Source: an uncultured Gammaproteobacteria bacterium
GTDB taxonomy: Bacteria > Patescibacteriota > Microgenomatia > Daviesbacterales > UBA10151
DNA: 64,000 nucleotides
Assembly (NCBI GenBank): GCA_964551605.1
Contig: CAZKCV010000003.1
Coordinates: 15,474-79,473, forward strand
Direction of reading: 5' to 3'
Positions within the stretch are counted from its first letter, which is position 1. Each line of letters opens with the position of its first letter. The position numbers and the translations under genes are program-made. Below are positions 28,780-39,135 of the stretch, piece by piece. The notes under the pieces were generated by a model, which did not search any database, had not been told where the DNA came from, and saw only the letters and a list, made by a program, of their open reading frames with translations.

Positions 28780-30159
28780 ATGTCCAGAATCCTTTCTTCA
28801 AGATTTTTATTCCAAATCTTTAGTGTGATACTTTCCCTTTTTATACCCTTTTTAGCATCAGAAAAGGTGCTGGCTCAAAATGTTAATATTCGGTGTAGCG
28901 ACAATTTCCAAAAGTATATCCGGTCTGTTAATCTACCAGAAGAAGTTCGCCTCGGAGAAGCTTTTAATGTCAAAGTGGCGTTTACCTCCATTGCAGATAC
29001 TTCCTTAAATTATTATCTGAAATTCACTCAGCCAGGAACTCCACTGTTCGGCCAAAATATCGGTAATGCGGATTTCCGAACAGAGTGGCAACATATTAGT
29101 AACCCAGCAAATCCGGAAATTGATTTCAGTTTTGATAATCGCAACGATACTAGCCCAGGCACCTTCCAACTCAGCTTAATGTATACCACACGTAATTTCG
29201 ATAGAGAAGAAGAGGTATGTAAATTAGGCACTATTAATTTTGTCGAAAAAAACATGAATGAAATTACTTGTAATCTGAAAATGCCTGATAAGGTTGAGCA
29301 AGATAAACCCTTCACTATGAACCTGGATAAAGTTGATAAGCCCAATATCGAATATGCCTTCTATTTCTTTTCCAAAGGAGACATCGATATTAATAAATTA
29401 CCCAAAGGTATGGCAGTTGTTCAAACTGGTAGAAATTTAGCACCCATCTCGAAATTCACTCCCGGTAAAAATACACGCTACAGCAGTGGAGCACTGCCTT
29501 CAAATCCTTCCGGGTCAATTCCCATAACATATAGCAATAACGGAGGTGACCGACTTCGTGGAGGGGAATATATTGCTGTCATCGAAGCTAGAAGACTTCT
29601 AAACTGGAATCCTAGCTTCACTCTTACCGGAGATGACAATAAATGGCTGGTTTCTTACTGTAGTTACCACCCCTTTACCGTCAGCTCAGAACCTACCTCT
29701 GCGGAAACTGACGGGACAGCTATTGCCAAACCAGGGAAAGGTGGTACTTTAGGCGGAGAAGACCTCAAAACTGAAACTTGTTTGGAAAGATTAAGAAAAG
29801 ATCCTACTGCCAAGTGTGCAGAGGCAGGCGGAAAACAAATAAGCGGTTGCGGTGGCCAGGATGACCCAAGAGGACCGGCCATTGCCACTGCTATTGGCTG
29901 TATCCATACCAATCCTGTGGAATTTACTAAAGATATCATGAAGTTTGTTTTGGGTATTGCCGGTGGCCTGGCTTTCTTAATGATGCTGATGGGTGCTTTT
30001 CAAATTCTTTCTTCTGCTGATAACCCGGACACCTTAAAAGCCGGCAGAGAAAGATTAACCAGCGCTGTAATCGGACTTCTGTTAGTTATTTTTGCCGTCT
30101 TGCTGCTGCAAATAATCGGAATTGATATACTGCATTTGCCCGGATTCGGAAGATCATGA
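28780..30159 (+). CDS. Large exported protein with C-terminal VirB2/TrbC-like pilin domain
   Basis: Signal peptide; TAIGCI...GLAFLMMLMGAFQILSSAD...AGRERLTSAVIGL. Confidence 0.75.
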   Translation: MSRILSSRFLFQIFSVILSLFIPFLASEKVLAQNVNIRCSDNFQKYIRSVNLPEEVRLGEAFNVKVAFTSIADTSLNYYLKFTQPGTPLFGQNIGNADFRTEWQHISNPANPEIDFSFDNRNDTSPGTFQLSLMYTTRNFDREEEVCKLGTINFVEKNMNEITCNLKMPDKVEQDKPFTMNLDKVDKPNIEYAFYFFSKGDIDINKLPKGMAVVQTGRNLAPISKFTPGKNTRYSSGALPSNPSGSIPITYSNNGGDRLRGGEYIAVIEARRLLNWNPSFTLTGDDNKWLVSYCSYHPFTVSSEPTSAETDGTAIAKPGKGGTLGGEDLKTETCLERLRKDPTAKCAEAGGKQISGCGGQDDPRGPAIATAIGCIHTNPVEFTKDIMKFVLGIAGGLAFLMMLMGAFQILSSADNPDTLKAGRERLTSAVIGLLLVIFAVLLLQIIGIDILHLPGFGRS

Positions 30160-30182
30160 CAATATACAACATCAATTAACCT

Positions 30183-30674
30183 AATTAATCTAATTTCTAA
30201 TTTACCTAAAGAATGACTAATGACGAAATTACCAAAAAGTTTAACCTGGAAGATAGAACAGCTCTATTTGGAGAAAGTGTGATTAAATTTTGCCAAAAGA
30301 TATTCAGGGGACCTTTAACTGATCCTTTGATTATACAACTGGTAAAATGTGGCACCAGTGTAGGTGCTAATTATTGCGAAGCAGATGATGCAGAGAGTAA
30401 AATGGACTTTAAGCATAAAATAGGCATTTGTAAAAAAGAGGCTAGGGAAGCTAAACATTTTATCAGAATGGTTGTAATTGCAATACCTGCTTTAAAAGAA
30501 GAAGCCAAACCACTATGGCAAGAAGCGAAAGAATTAAACTTGATATTTAACGCTATTTATAAGAAAGTAAAATAAGGAAGAATTAATCTAATTTCTAATT
30601 ATTCTAATTGATCTAAACTTAGACATTTGATCATTGGGATTTATTTAGAAATTAGTAATTAAAAATTAGAAATT
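30183..30674. repeat. 20-bp direct repeats plus inverted heptamer arm around four-helix-bundle gene
   Basis: AATTAATCTAATTTCTAATT at 30183-30202 and 30581-30600; complementary arm (agaaatt agtaatt aaaaatt agaaatt) 30647-30674. Confidence 0.8.
30213..30575 (+). CDS. Four-helix-bundle protein (23S rRNA IVP / Avd-like family)
   Basis: LEDRTALF, QLVKCGTSVGANYCEA, DFKHKIGICKKEARE. Confidence 0.9.
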   Translation: MTNDEITKKFNLEDRTALFGESVIKFCQKIFRGPLTDPLIIQLVKCGTSVGANYCEADDAESKMDFKHKIGICKKEAREAKHFIRMVVIAIPALKEEAKPLWQEAKELNLIFNAIYKKVK

Positions 30675-30675
30675 T

Positions 30676-30990
30676 ATGAAGCTAGCTCTAACCTTACCTG
30701 GCTCTAATAATATTGTTGATAGCCCTGTAAAAGAGAAGTTTACTGATCTCGCTGGTGTCCTAACCGGCATACTTAATATCGTCTTTTACCTGGCAGCCTT
30801 TATGGCTTTTTTCTATATCCTCTGGGGGGCATTTTCCTATATCAGCGCCCAGGGCAAAAAAGAAGATTTGGCCAAGGCCCGGGCCAGGATCACCTGGGCT
30901 ATAATCGGATTAGTGATTGTCTTTCTGGCCTTTATCCTCACCCAATTTATTGCCGAAGTATTTAAGCCGCAAGGAGGATTACCATTCTGA
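30676..30990 (+). CDS. VirB2/TrbC-like pilin
   Basis: ILWGAFSYISAQG...KARARITWAIIGL. Confidence 0.8.
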   Translation: MKLALTLPGSNNIVDSPVKEKFTDLAGVLTGILNIVFYLAAFMAFFYILWGAFSYISAQGKKEDLAKARARITWAIIGLVIVFLAFILTQFIAEVFKPQGGLPF

Positions 30991-30993
30991 AAA

Positions 30994-31023
30994 AGGGTAC
31001 AGGGTACAGGGTACAGGGTACAG
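30994..31023. repeat. Perfect heptamer tandem (AGGGTAC)x4
   Basis: Directly visible; in frame with the next pilin if it starts at CTG 30987. Confidence 0.9.
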
Positions 31024-31037
31024 TTAAGAAAGCTTTT

Positions 31038-31406
31038 TTGGCTATAGTATTTTTTGTTTTGCTATACTACATGCCCACTCCTGCTTATGCTGCCTGTGTT
31101 GAACCGGGGAAAGGTGTCCGGATTAGCGACTGTTTCGGCTTTGGGGATGTTAAATCCGTAGGAGATGCCACCAACAGAGGAATTCCTGCCTTATTTGCCC
31201 TACTGGCAGCCATAGTGGTGGTATATTTTGTCTGGGGAGCTTTTAAGTTTATTTTATCCAGAGGGAATAAAGAAGCAGTAGCAGAAGCCAGAGGTATGAT
31301 TACCCATGCCATTATCGGTTTTATTCTATTAATCTTTGTTTTTGTGATCTTGCAATTTTTACTAAATAGCTTATTTAAGATACAATTTAGTATTATAGGA
31401 ACCTAA
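31038..31406 (+). CDS. VirB2/TrbC-like pilin (start uncertain, frame open back to CTG 30987)
   Basis: VWGAFKFILSRGNKEAVAEARGMITHAIIG. Confidence 0.8.
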   Translation: MAIVFFVLLYYMPTPAYAACVEPGKGVRISDCFGFGDVKSVGDATNRGIPALFALLAAIVVVYFVWGAFKFILSRGNKEAVAEARGMITHAIIGFILLIFVFVILQFLLNSLFKIQFSIIGT

Positions 31407-31411
31407 ACTAT

Positions 31412-31840
31412 ATGCGAATTTTACAGATTGTACTGCTGGGAATTTTTTGTCTTTTTGTTTTCGTACCTAGAACTTTAGCTATCGACCCTCCATGTCAGCC
31501 GGACGACAAAAGGGTGGAATGCGTTTTTGGCACCATATCTGCTCCCCCTCCTTTGGCTGAGTTTCTAAAAGATGATCCGACCGGGGCCGGAGCAATCAGT
31601 AATTTTTTATCTAACCTGGTAGCCTTATTTTTTACCTTGGCAACTATAGTGGCATTGTTTATGTTTCTGTGGGCAGCAATTGAATGGATGACTTCCGGCG
31701 GGGAAAAAGAGAAAGTTGCCTCAGCCCGCAATAAAATCATCTATACCATTATTGGTATAGTCCTTTTGGCCACAGCTTTTGCCATTCTTAACATAGTAGG
31801 CATATTTACCGGCTTTACTTTCTTTGCCGGTCAAAAGTAG
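31412..31840 (+). CDS. VirB2/TrbC-like pilin
   Basis: LWAAIEWMTSGGEKEKVASARNKIIYTIIG. Confidence 0.82.
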   Translation: MRILQIVLLGIFCLFVFVPRTLAIDPPCQPDDKRVECVFGTISAPPPLAEFLKDDPTGAGAISNFLSNLVALFFTLATIVALFMFLWAAIEWMTSGGEKEKVASARNKIIYTIIGIVLLATAFAILNIVGIFTGFTFFAGQK

Positions 31841-31883
31841 TCACTTGACAAGTGCTTTATGATGCGGATATAGTTAAACTAGA

Positions 31884-32273
31884 ATGAAAAAATTAGCTGT
31901 TATTGGAGCCGGAATTACCAGCCTCTTAACACCGGTCAAAGCTTTCGCGCAAGGAACGGTAGTGATCCAACCCCCACCAGGCAAAGGATTCCCCTCATTA
32001 TCCAATTTTATCCAAAATGCCCTATTGTTAGTTTTTACAGTCGGGGCTTTCATTGTCTTGCTGATGTTAATTATCGGAGCATACGAGTGGATGACTTCCG
32101 GCGGCGACAAAGAAGCCGTCGGTAAAGCCAGAAACAGGATCATTAATGCCTTGATTGGCTTAGTAATATTAGCTATCGCCTTTGCTCTAGTCAACCTGAT
32201 TGGTGTATTCACCGGCTTAAATCTTAGAAATTTGACAGTACCTGGTCCTGCGGCAACCGATACCAATCTTTAA
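31884..32273 (+). CDS. VirB2/TrbC-like pilin (candidate major pilin)
   Basis: Signal peptide AFAQ; IIGAYEWMTSGGDKEAVGKARNRIINALIG; TTGACA upstream. Confidence 0.82.
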   Translation: MKKLAVIGAGITSLLTPVKAFAQGTVVIQPPPGKGFPSLSNFIQNALLLVFTVGAFIVLLMLIIGAYEWMTSGGDKEAVGKARNRIINALIGLVILAIAFALVNLIGVFTGLNLRNLTVPGPAATDTNL

Positions 32274-32322
32274 AACTGTTACCTGCATTGATCTTCAAGG
32301 ATATCCATGATAAGTTTAAGTA

Positions 32323-32643
32323 ATGGGACCTCCTCCGGCCGGTTTAACTGAACTGGAAAATTTAGTAGCAAATGTAATCTCGGTAATAGTAGCCCTGGGA
32401 TTTATTGCCATGTTTGTGACGCTGATCATGGCCGGATTTAAATACCTAACCTCCGGCGGTGAACCCAAAGCCATCCAGACCGCTCACCATACCTTATCCT
32501 GGGCCATTTTAGGCATCTTACTTATGATCGTAGCCTGGATACTGTTACAGCTTATCCAGGCCTTTACCGGAATAGAAGTAACCGTGTTTAACATCAAAAC
32601 ACTTTGTAAAAATGCCGCAGGAGCCTTGTCATTTTGTCCGTAA
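32323..32643 (+). CDS. VirB2/TrbC-like pilin
   Basis: IMAGFKYLTSGGEPKAIQTAHHTLSWAILG. Confidence 0.82.
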   Translation: MGPPPAGLTELENLVANVISVIVALGFIAMFVTLIMAGFKYLTSGGEPKAIQTAHHTLSWAILGILLMIVAWILLQLIQAFTGIEVTVFNIKTLCKNAAGALSFCP

Positions 32644-32701
32644 CCCACCCCCGGACCGTAAGGGGTTGCAAAAATGGATTGGTTTGGGTTAGTGTTAAAG
32701 T

Positions 32702-34480
32702 ATGACTGCCCTGAGTAGAATTAAGGATTTAGAATTAGGAATTAAACTTTTCATACCTTTATTCTTTATTCTTATTGCTTTATTCTTACCCAACCCTGCC
32801 TTTGCCCAAACCGCTTCCTCAAGTGCTGCAGCTCTAGCGCCTGCCACCTATAACCTACCACCTACCGTCTCCCCTGTTTCCCCGCTTTATACTGACCTGT
32901 TAGTAAATAATATGTTCCATACTTTTTCCTGCCTGGCTATTGGCCAATCAATCATCGGCCAGCCTTGTTTAACTTATCAACTAACCCAAAATGCCCAAGG
33001 CATGCTGCAAGGAGTGCCGGTTCTTTCCCAGACTAATTTATCAGGAGGGGCTTTAGGCGGCGTCACTTCCGTAATAGGCATGCTATACACCAATCCGCCG
33101 GTTCGGACTGCCGATTATTTAGCCAGCGTAGGAGAGGGTTTAGGTGTAGTCAAACAGGCTCATGCCCAAGGGGTAGGCGGTTCCGGAGCGGCAGTTCTAA
33201 ACCCCATCCTAAAACTCTGGCAGGTTTCCCGGAATATTTCTTATGTCATACTCATTCTTATCTTTCTGGTAATCGGACTGATGGTCATGTTTAGGAATAA
33301 AATCAACCCACAGACAGTTATCACAGCCCAAACAGCTTTACCGGGACTGGTAATCGGCCTGGTCATGATTACATTTTCCTACTTCTTTGCCGGCCTGATT
33401 TCCGATTTGGCCTTTGTAGGGACAAATGTTGTAGGTTTTTATTTTACAACCGCACAGAATAAGCCACCCGAAGATTTAACACAAAAAATCTCAGGTAGTA
33501 ATATCTTGAATATCATGGGCTCGCTTACAGGAATTATCGAAAGCGGAGATGTTGCTAGCTTTTCCGGCATACTGTTTGACTCTCTCGGTGGTGAAGCCCA
33601 AAAAGCCATCCGGATCTTGGTATTTTGGCTGAGTTCCCAGTTCGTATCAGGCTTAATACCAGACGTAGGAGGAACCGGTAATGCTTTGACACCCTTAATA
33701 AAACCCATTGCCGGTATTATCACAGGAATAGCAACAAATGCCATGATTTCTCCCCTGCTGGGACAATTTTTAAGTCTTGCTGCAGCTTTAGCCTTAGTCT
33801 ATCAACTACTCAAACTACTATTTAAGTTAATTATGACCTGGCTGACAATTATTTTTTTAACCATCATAGCACCATTTCAGTTTCTTTTTGCCTCCTTGCC
33901 GGGCAGACAAGGAATGGCTACCGGTTGGATGCTAAACATGTTGGGTAACATCCTAGTGTTTCCGGCTGTTATAGCTGTAATTTATTTTGTCGCTTTTTTA
34001 CTGGGTCCTAGATTTGCAGCCAACTGCCCCAAAGATAATACTGGTTCTTGTCTGATTCAAATTTCTGCTGTTAACCAACAAGATGATAGTATTTTAGCAG
34101 CACCAGTATACGCAGCGGATAGTAATGATGTAATCGGAACTCATGCTTTCCCTTTATTTGGGGGAATGGATTTAAGTTGGATTCAAATATTACTGGCTTT
34201 TGGGGCCTTAATGGCATTACCGGCAATACCTGATATAATAGTAAGAACTGTTGGAAAGGCAGGACAAGCAGGACAAATGATTGGACAAGAAGTTGTGGGT
34301 GGCGGCAGAACCGGCCAGGGTTTTGCCCAACGGAGCTATAGCTCAGGTATCCAAACCGGACAGACCTGGAAAACAGGTCTCCTTGGTGAAACACAAGTTT
34401 TGCCGTCAGGCGACACTAAGGTAGTAAAACGCGGTCTATTTAGAAATGTCTACGGATGGGGAGTGGGGAGGAAACCTTAA
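32702..34480 (+). CDS. VirB6/TrbL-like polytopic membrane protein
   Basis: LWQVSRNISY...IGLMVMFR, multiple TMs, IIAPFQFLFASLPG, Gly-rich tail; follows pilin array. Confidence 0.7.
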   Translation: MTALSRIKDLELGIKLFIPLFFILIALFLPNPAFAQTASSSAAALAPATYNLPPTVSPVSPLYTDLLVNNMFHTFSCLAIGQSIIGQPCLTYQLTQNAQGMLQGVPVLSQTNLSGGALGGVTSVIGMLYTNPPVRTADYLASVGEGLGVVKQAHAQGVGGSGAAVLNPILKLWQVSRNISYVILILIFLVIGLMVMFRNKINPQTVITAQTALPGLVIGLVMITFSYFFAGLISDLAFVGTNVVGFYFTTAQNKPPEDLTQKISGSNILNIMGSLTGIIESGDVASFSGILFDSLGGEAQKAIRILVFWLSSQFVSGLIPDVGGTGNALTPLIKPIAGIITGIATNAMISPLLGQFLSLAAALALVYQLLKLLFKLIMTWLTIIFLTIIAPFQFLFASLPGRQGMATGWMLNMLGNILVFPAVIAVIYFVAFLLGPRFAANCPKDNTGSCLIQISAVNQQDDSILAAPVYAADSNDVIGTHAFPLFGGMDLSWIQILLAFGALMALPAIPDIIVRTVGKAGQAGQMIGQEVVGGGRTGQGFAQRSYSSGIQTGQTWKTGLLGETQVLPSGDTKVVKRGLFRNVYGWGVGRKP

Positions 34481-34490
34481 ATTAAAGTAA

Positions 34491-37400
34491 TTATTTTGCC
34501 AGAATTGCCCGCCTCATTAATTCAGTCAAAAGCGTCCCATCCTGACCAAAGTAGTTCTCCTGTTTGCTCAACGGTGTCTTAGCTGTAAACGGTTCAAGCA
34601 CTGCCCTTATTAAAGGCATATTGATATTATAAACTGATTGTCCCTCAGGATGCGCTACCGCCCAATAAGCCATTCTCCTAATAGCAGTATCGCCGCTAAA
34701 TTTAGCTGCTAAAGGTACCTGGGAAGCAGTACCAACAAAGGCTAGGCTATTTCCGTAAATTGTCACCCTCTCCCATCTGTTTTCTATTTCGTCTATAGCT
34801 TTTTCATAGTCCCCTGCTTCTAATTTATCCCATTTCCTTTTTGACATAAGCCACAAAGACGAACTTTCGCTCTCTAGTCCTGAGTTGGATTGTGCAAGAG
34901 TATAATTATTTCTCCCAATAGTTTTGACTATTTTTTTGAAAATGCCCTCAAAATTAGGATTCTGGCCGACTTGCCCGCCGATTAAAACCGGACGGACTGC
35001 TTCTGCGCCCTTGGCTGCCTCTAACCAGCGCTCGGTCTGCAATTCATCCATGGCACCACTAAAATCTACTTCATAATCAAACCCGTGCGTCCTAAAGCCA
35101 TTATAAGTAGAAATAATGCCCCTTAATCCTCTGCTGCCGATACTATGATCTAAACCTCTGAAATTAGATTCCAGATATTTCAGAAAACCCCTACCACGGG
35201 CAGCCTGACCACGGTTCCATAAAGTCCAAAACCGCTGTTCAATCATCCTTCTGCCAATAAAAGGTGTGTTTCGGCGATTTTCCACATATTCTGCTTCCAC
35301 TTCCCCGTCTTTATACAAATCAGGCTGGTAAAAAGCCCCGAAAACTTTCACACTATCTACTGCAAAACAAAACCTTCTCTGGGTTTCCTGAGCCCGGAAG
35401 ATTCGTTTCCTTTTTTCATCGGGATCAGAAATGCCTTTTAATAAAGTATTATCCGGATCAATCAATCGTCTGGTTCTGGCCGGGTAGGTATTATAATGAG
35501 GGTGATCAGAGTTATAGGCGGCAGCGGTGATTTCCTGCGACATCAACAAGCTGCTGTAATTTTGATCATCAGTCATGGAAAAATTATACTGCGGATCAGC
35601 ATCTTCCCGATTGATAATATCGCGATAGCCAACAGAAGCTCTTTTTTGTGTTTCTCCCTTATGAACACTCAGAACCTGCTTATCTCTGGCAGCTTGTCTG
35701 CTGGCAAAATTAATCGGTAGTTGACTTTGAATTATTTCATTTTGGATTATTCCATCTATATCAGCAACAGTTAAATCACTTCCTTTTTCTTTTAATTTTT
35801 CCAAAACTTTTTCCTGAATGTCTTCCACTGTTTGAACATAAGTCGCATATTGTTGTTCTTCTTCTGTCAAAGTAATTAATCTTAATGACTCTTGGGCATT
35901 CTTCCCTAATTCACTGTCTTTTCCTTTATCACTGATCACCTTGTTAGATATTTTTCTAAATTCCAATTTATCAGCTATATCCACATATCTTAAACCGGCT
36001 CCCTCTTTGGTAGCAGAGGTAATTGCTTTGGCAATAGTTTCGGGCAAACTGGCGATGGCTCTTTCCCTGACAAATTTATTCAGGCGGACCACATCATTAT
36101 ATGCAAGTAATTCACCTTTACCCTTGCCGGGTATCTCATGCTTGGTGATCAGCAAGGCGCCGGCTTTTTCCGCACTGATGAAAAATACGTCTCTGGTCTT
36201 AATTGCCAAATCAACTGCCTGCCTGGCCCGGGAAATTTCCGGAAACATACGCAGTTCTTTCTCTGTTAATTTACCGCCATCTTCTAGTTTTTTAAGTAGC
36301 TCATCTCTAGCCAAAAATTGCCTTTCAGTTTCGCTTAGCTGTTCATTATTATTGTGCTTTAGCCATAATTCTGCTACTTTAGCATCATAGCCTGCCTTCG
36401 ACCCAAAACCCGCATATTCTGTGTAGAGACTTCTAAATTGTCTATCTGTCTGGTCAATTACTACCAGTTCCTCGGTTTTTTGATAAGGTCTAATCCGATC
36501 TAAAATCAGCATTTTTTTCTCTATATCCGTTAACTGATCTGTCACTGTGACAGTTTGGGGATCTTTTTGGTTTAAAGCCTTTAATTTATCATTAATTCTT
36601 TTTATTTCATCTAAATATTGGGAATTCTGGAATAACCTTGTAACAGAAAGGGGTTGATTAGTAACAGGATCAATGGCGTTTCTGTCAAAACCAAATCCAT
36701 CAATTTGCGTCTCAATACCGACAAAGTTTTCTCTGATTACCGTATCGATATCTTTAAGCTGTGACAAGGCAATTCTGACTTCTAATCTACGGCGCTCTTT
36801 TGCCCGATCAGACCATAATACTTCATCGTTTTGTCCGCTTGGATCTGAAAGAAATTCGGCCGGCCTGGAGAATTTATCATATTCTTCATCATTATCTAAA
36901 ATATCTGCCGCATGCATCACTTCGGCTTCATGAGCTTTGGCAATAGCATTTAACCTAATATTAATATGCTTACCGATTTCTGAAGTGATCTGGTGCCACT
37001 CAGGCACATTCCAACGGACAGCAAAATGATCAGATACATTAACCAATAAAGTGCCTTGTGCCCTAGCCACTTCACTAGATATCCTCTCTTCTTCCATTCC
37101 CATTTGACGGCCGGTACGCTGAATCTCCTCATTTAATCCGTAAGCATCCTGCCTCATTTGATCGGGCGTAAAAGTACTGCTTTCGCTGGTAGCAACCTGC
37201 AGAAAATGATCAATTCCTTTGACAATTTCCTCAGGAGTCCTGCCGGTTAAAACGATCCTGCCCCAACTTCTATCCCAAAATGGGTTTTTTTCGCGCTGCT
37301 CGTTTAATCTCTCATCTTCTCTGGTTCTGATTGACTCTATCAATCGATCACCTATTTCTGTAGGAGATAAAGCAACTCCTTTGAAAACTTTTTCTAGGGC

Positions 37401-38090
37401 TAAAGCCACCTTTGGAGCCAAGTAAGTTGCCACCCCCTTATGGCGCGCTTGCAAACCAGATAGATTCGGATCATTGTAGTCCCAAAATCTTTCCTGATAA
37501 TTATCCAGGGCCCCATGCACCATTGTAATTCTATCTGCATATGTTCGCCGAGATTCAGCGCCATGTTCATCCCGGTAACGGGAAGTAGACTCGGCCATCA
37601 CTTCCCTATACAACTGACTAATCTCCCCATAAAAGTGCCTTAAGGCGCCGCTATTGTTTGCATCATTAATTAAATCATTTATTTCCCGCTCATTTTGCCG
37701 AACTAAAGCATCGTATTCTGCTTGTCGGTCAATCCCTTGAGCCGGATCAACCGGAAGCTTATTACGGTCAACTTTGGCCAATTGTTTCTGGCGGTCAACT
37801 GCCAACTCAAACTCTGAAAGAGCGGGAGGTTTTTCCACTTGAGCCTGCAGGATCCATTCCGGTTCTCCGGCGCCGCCGGCTACCTTAGGAAAGCGGCGTA
37901 CTTCTTTTGCGAGGCCGGTTGTTGAATCGATCTGCAGTGGATCAGCAACAATAACATAATTACCTTCCTGCCGCGTTTGATAATCTTCCCGCTTCGGGTC
38001 ATACCCCCCCTCTTTGATCACCCCTTGAGAGGGTACTTGCGTAGGATTAACAGCCGGTGTATTTTCTGCCATACTTTCTATTCTAGTCAT
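34491..38090 (-). CDS. Large (1199 aa) soluble hypothetical protein
   Basis: Uninterrupted ORF, AAAGGA SD upstream, no TM or family motif recognised. Confidence 0.8.
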   Translation of the reverse strand: MTRIESMAENTPAVNPTQVPSQGVIKEGGYDPKREDYQTRQEGNYVIVADPLQIDSTTGLAKEVRRFPKVAGGAGEPEWILQAQVEKPPALSEFELAVDRQKQLAKVDRNKLPVDPAQGIDRQAEYDALVRQNEREINDLINDANNSGALRHFYGEISQLYREVMAESTSRYRDEHGAESRRTYADRITMVHGALDNYQERFWDYNDPNLSGLQARHKGVATYLAPKVALALEKVFKGVALSPTEIGDRLIESIRTREDERLNEQREKNPFWDRSWGRIVLTGRTPEEIVKGIDHFLQVATSESSTFTPDQMRQDAYGLNEEIQRTGRQMGMEEERISSEVARAQGTLLVNVSDHFAVRWNVPEWHQITSEIGKHINIRLNAIAKAHEAEVMHAADILDNDEEYDKFSRPAEFLSDPSGQNDEVLWSDRAKERRRLEVRIALSQLKDIDTVIRENFVGIETQIDGFGFDRNAIDPVTNQPLSVTRLFQNSQYLDEIKRINDKLKALNQKDPQTVTVTDQLTDIEKKMLILDRIRPYQKTEELVVIDQTDRQFRSLYTEYAGFGSKAGYDAKVAELWLKHNNNEQLSETERQFLARDELLKKLEDGGKLTEKELRMFPEISRARQAVDLAIKTRDVFFISAEKAGALLITKHEIPGKGKGELLAYNDVVRLNKFVRERAIASLPETIAKAITSATKEGAGLRYVDIADKLEFRKISNKVISDKGKDSELGKNAQESLRLITLTEEEQQYATYVQTVEDIQEKVLEKLKEKGSDLTVADIDGIIQNEIIQSQLPINFASRQAARDKQVLSVHKGETQKRASVGYRDIINREDADPQYNFSMTDDQNYSSLLMSQEITAAAYNSDHPHYNTYPARTRRLIDPDNTLLKGISDPDEKRKRIFRAQETQRRFCFAVDSVKVFGAFYQPDLYKDGEVEAEYVENRRNTPFIGRRMIEQRFWTLWNRGQAARGRGFLKYLESNFRGLDHSIGSRGLRGIISTYNGFRTHGFDYEVDFSGAMDELQTERWLEAAKGAEAVRPVLIGGQVGQNPNFEGIFKKIVKTIGRNNYTLAQSNSGLESESSSLWLMSKRKWDKLEAGDYEKAIDEIENRWERVTIYGNSLAFVGTASQVPLAAKFSGDTAIRRMAYWAVAHPEGQSVYNINMPLIRAVLEPFTAKTPLSKQENYFGQDGTLLTELMRRAILAK

Positions 38091-38177
38091 AAATTCCTTT
38101 CTCTGGCAAGTTTATACAATACGATCTTTAACTGCTTGATTAAATTCTAATAAAATCCTGACGAAGTGCTTCTTAAA

Positions 38178-39110
38178 TTAGCCGCATCTTTTGACAGCTC
38201 TGCATTTGGGACAACTATCCCCGGCCCTGACTATACAATTTATTTCTTCTTGGCAAATCGGACATACCCGGCAAAAATCAGAGTCTTTACCGCTGGAACC
38301 TGATGAACCCCCATAAGAAATAGCGTTTTCCGAAACAACCTGAAAGCCGGTTCTGCCACCACTACCAGATCGCGGCGGACAACTGCCACCCTGTAAGCCC
38401 AGTATTTGCATAACGGCCTTTTTTGCCTCATCTGAATAAGATAATCTCGAATCAGTAAAAAACTGTTTTTGGACCATTGCAGCCCGCCTCAAGGCTTCTT
38501 TTTTATATTCTTTATCTTCCCCATTTCTGATCATTGTCCAAACTTTGGGAGCATCAATTAATTTTTCCAGAATATCAACCCAGGATTTTTTCTCTTCATC
38601 TAAAATTAAAGGGGTCGCCCTGATCCCGTCTGAACTCCGAAATATAGGTTTATTAAGGCTAAAGCTGGTTAAATTCCAGGCAAATTTCATACACTGCTCT
38701 TCATTAAAATCCAGCACAATCGCCCGGTTAAATACTTTTTTAACTCCTGCTTCATAAATAATTTCCTGAACAATTATCTTAGAAGTAGGATAAACCCCTG
38801 CTTTTGGCGGACTAATCCAAATAGAAGCCCCTTTTTTATTAGCAGCAGCCCATTGTTCGTTTGCTAATACAGCCTGATATTCTAGTTGCCCCAACAGACT
38901 GGTTTTATCATCAATAGTAGCTTTCACCAGACACTGACCGATCGGCGAGAATAATTCTCCGCTTGCTGTAATCGAATAAAAATAAGGATCAGGAATCCGG
39001 TAAGTCTCTTGGCTTAAAGAAGCCAGATATTCAGCAAATTGCGCGGCGGTGGTGTTTCGTAAACCGGGAATATTTTCGGTAGCCGTTCGCTCTTGTTCTA
39101 ATACTGGCAT
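38178..39110 (-). CDS. Hypothetical protein with C-terminal Cys-rich Zn ribbon, downstream of cobalamin riboswitch
   Basis: Start reassigned to ATG 39110 after AGGAG; GGSCP linker; CRVCPIC...C...CPKC...RCG. Confidence 0.8.
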   Translation of the reverse strand: MPVLEQERTATENIPGLRNTTAAQFAEYLASLSQETYRIPDPYFYSITASGELFSPIGQCLVKATIDDKTSLLGQLEYQAVLANEQWAAANKKGASIWISPPKAGVYPTSKIIVQEIIYEAGVKKVFNRAIVLDFNEEQCMKFAWNLTSFSLNKPIFRSSDGIRATPLILDEEKKSWVDILEKLIDAPKVWTMIRNGEDKEYKKEALRRAAMVQKQFFTDSRLSYSDEAKKAVMQILGLQGGSCPPRSGSGGRTGFQVVSENAISYGGSSGSSGKDSDFCRVCPICQEEINCIVRAGDSCPKCRAVKRCG

Positions 39111-39135
39111 ATAACTCCTGCTCGGGATAAAAAAT

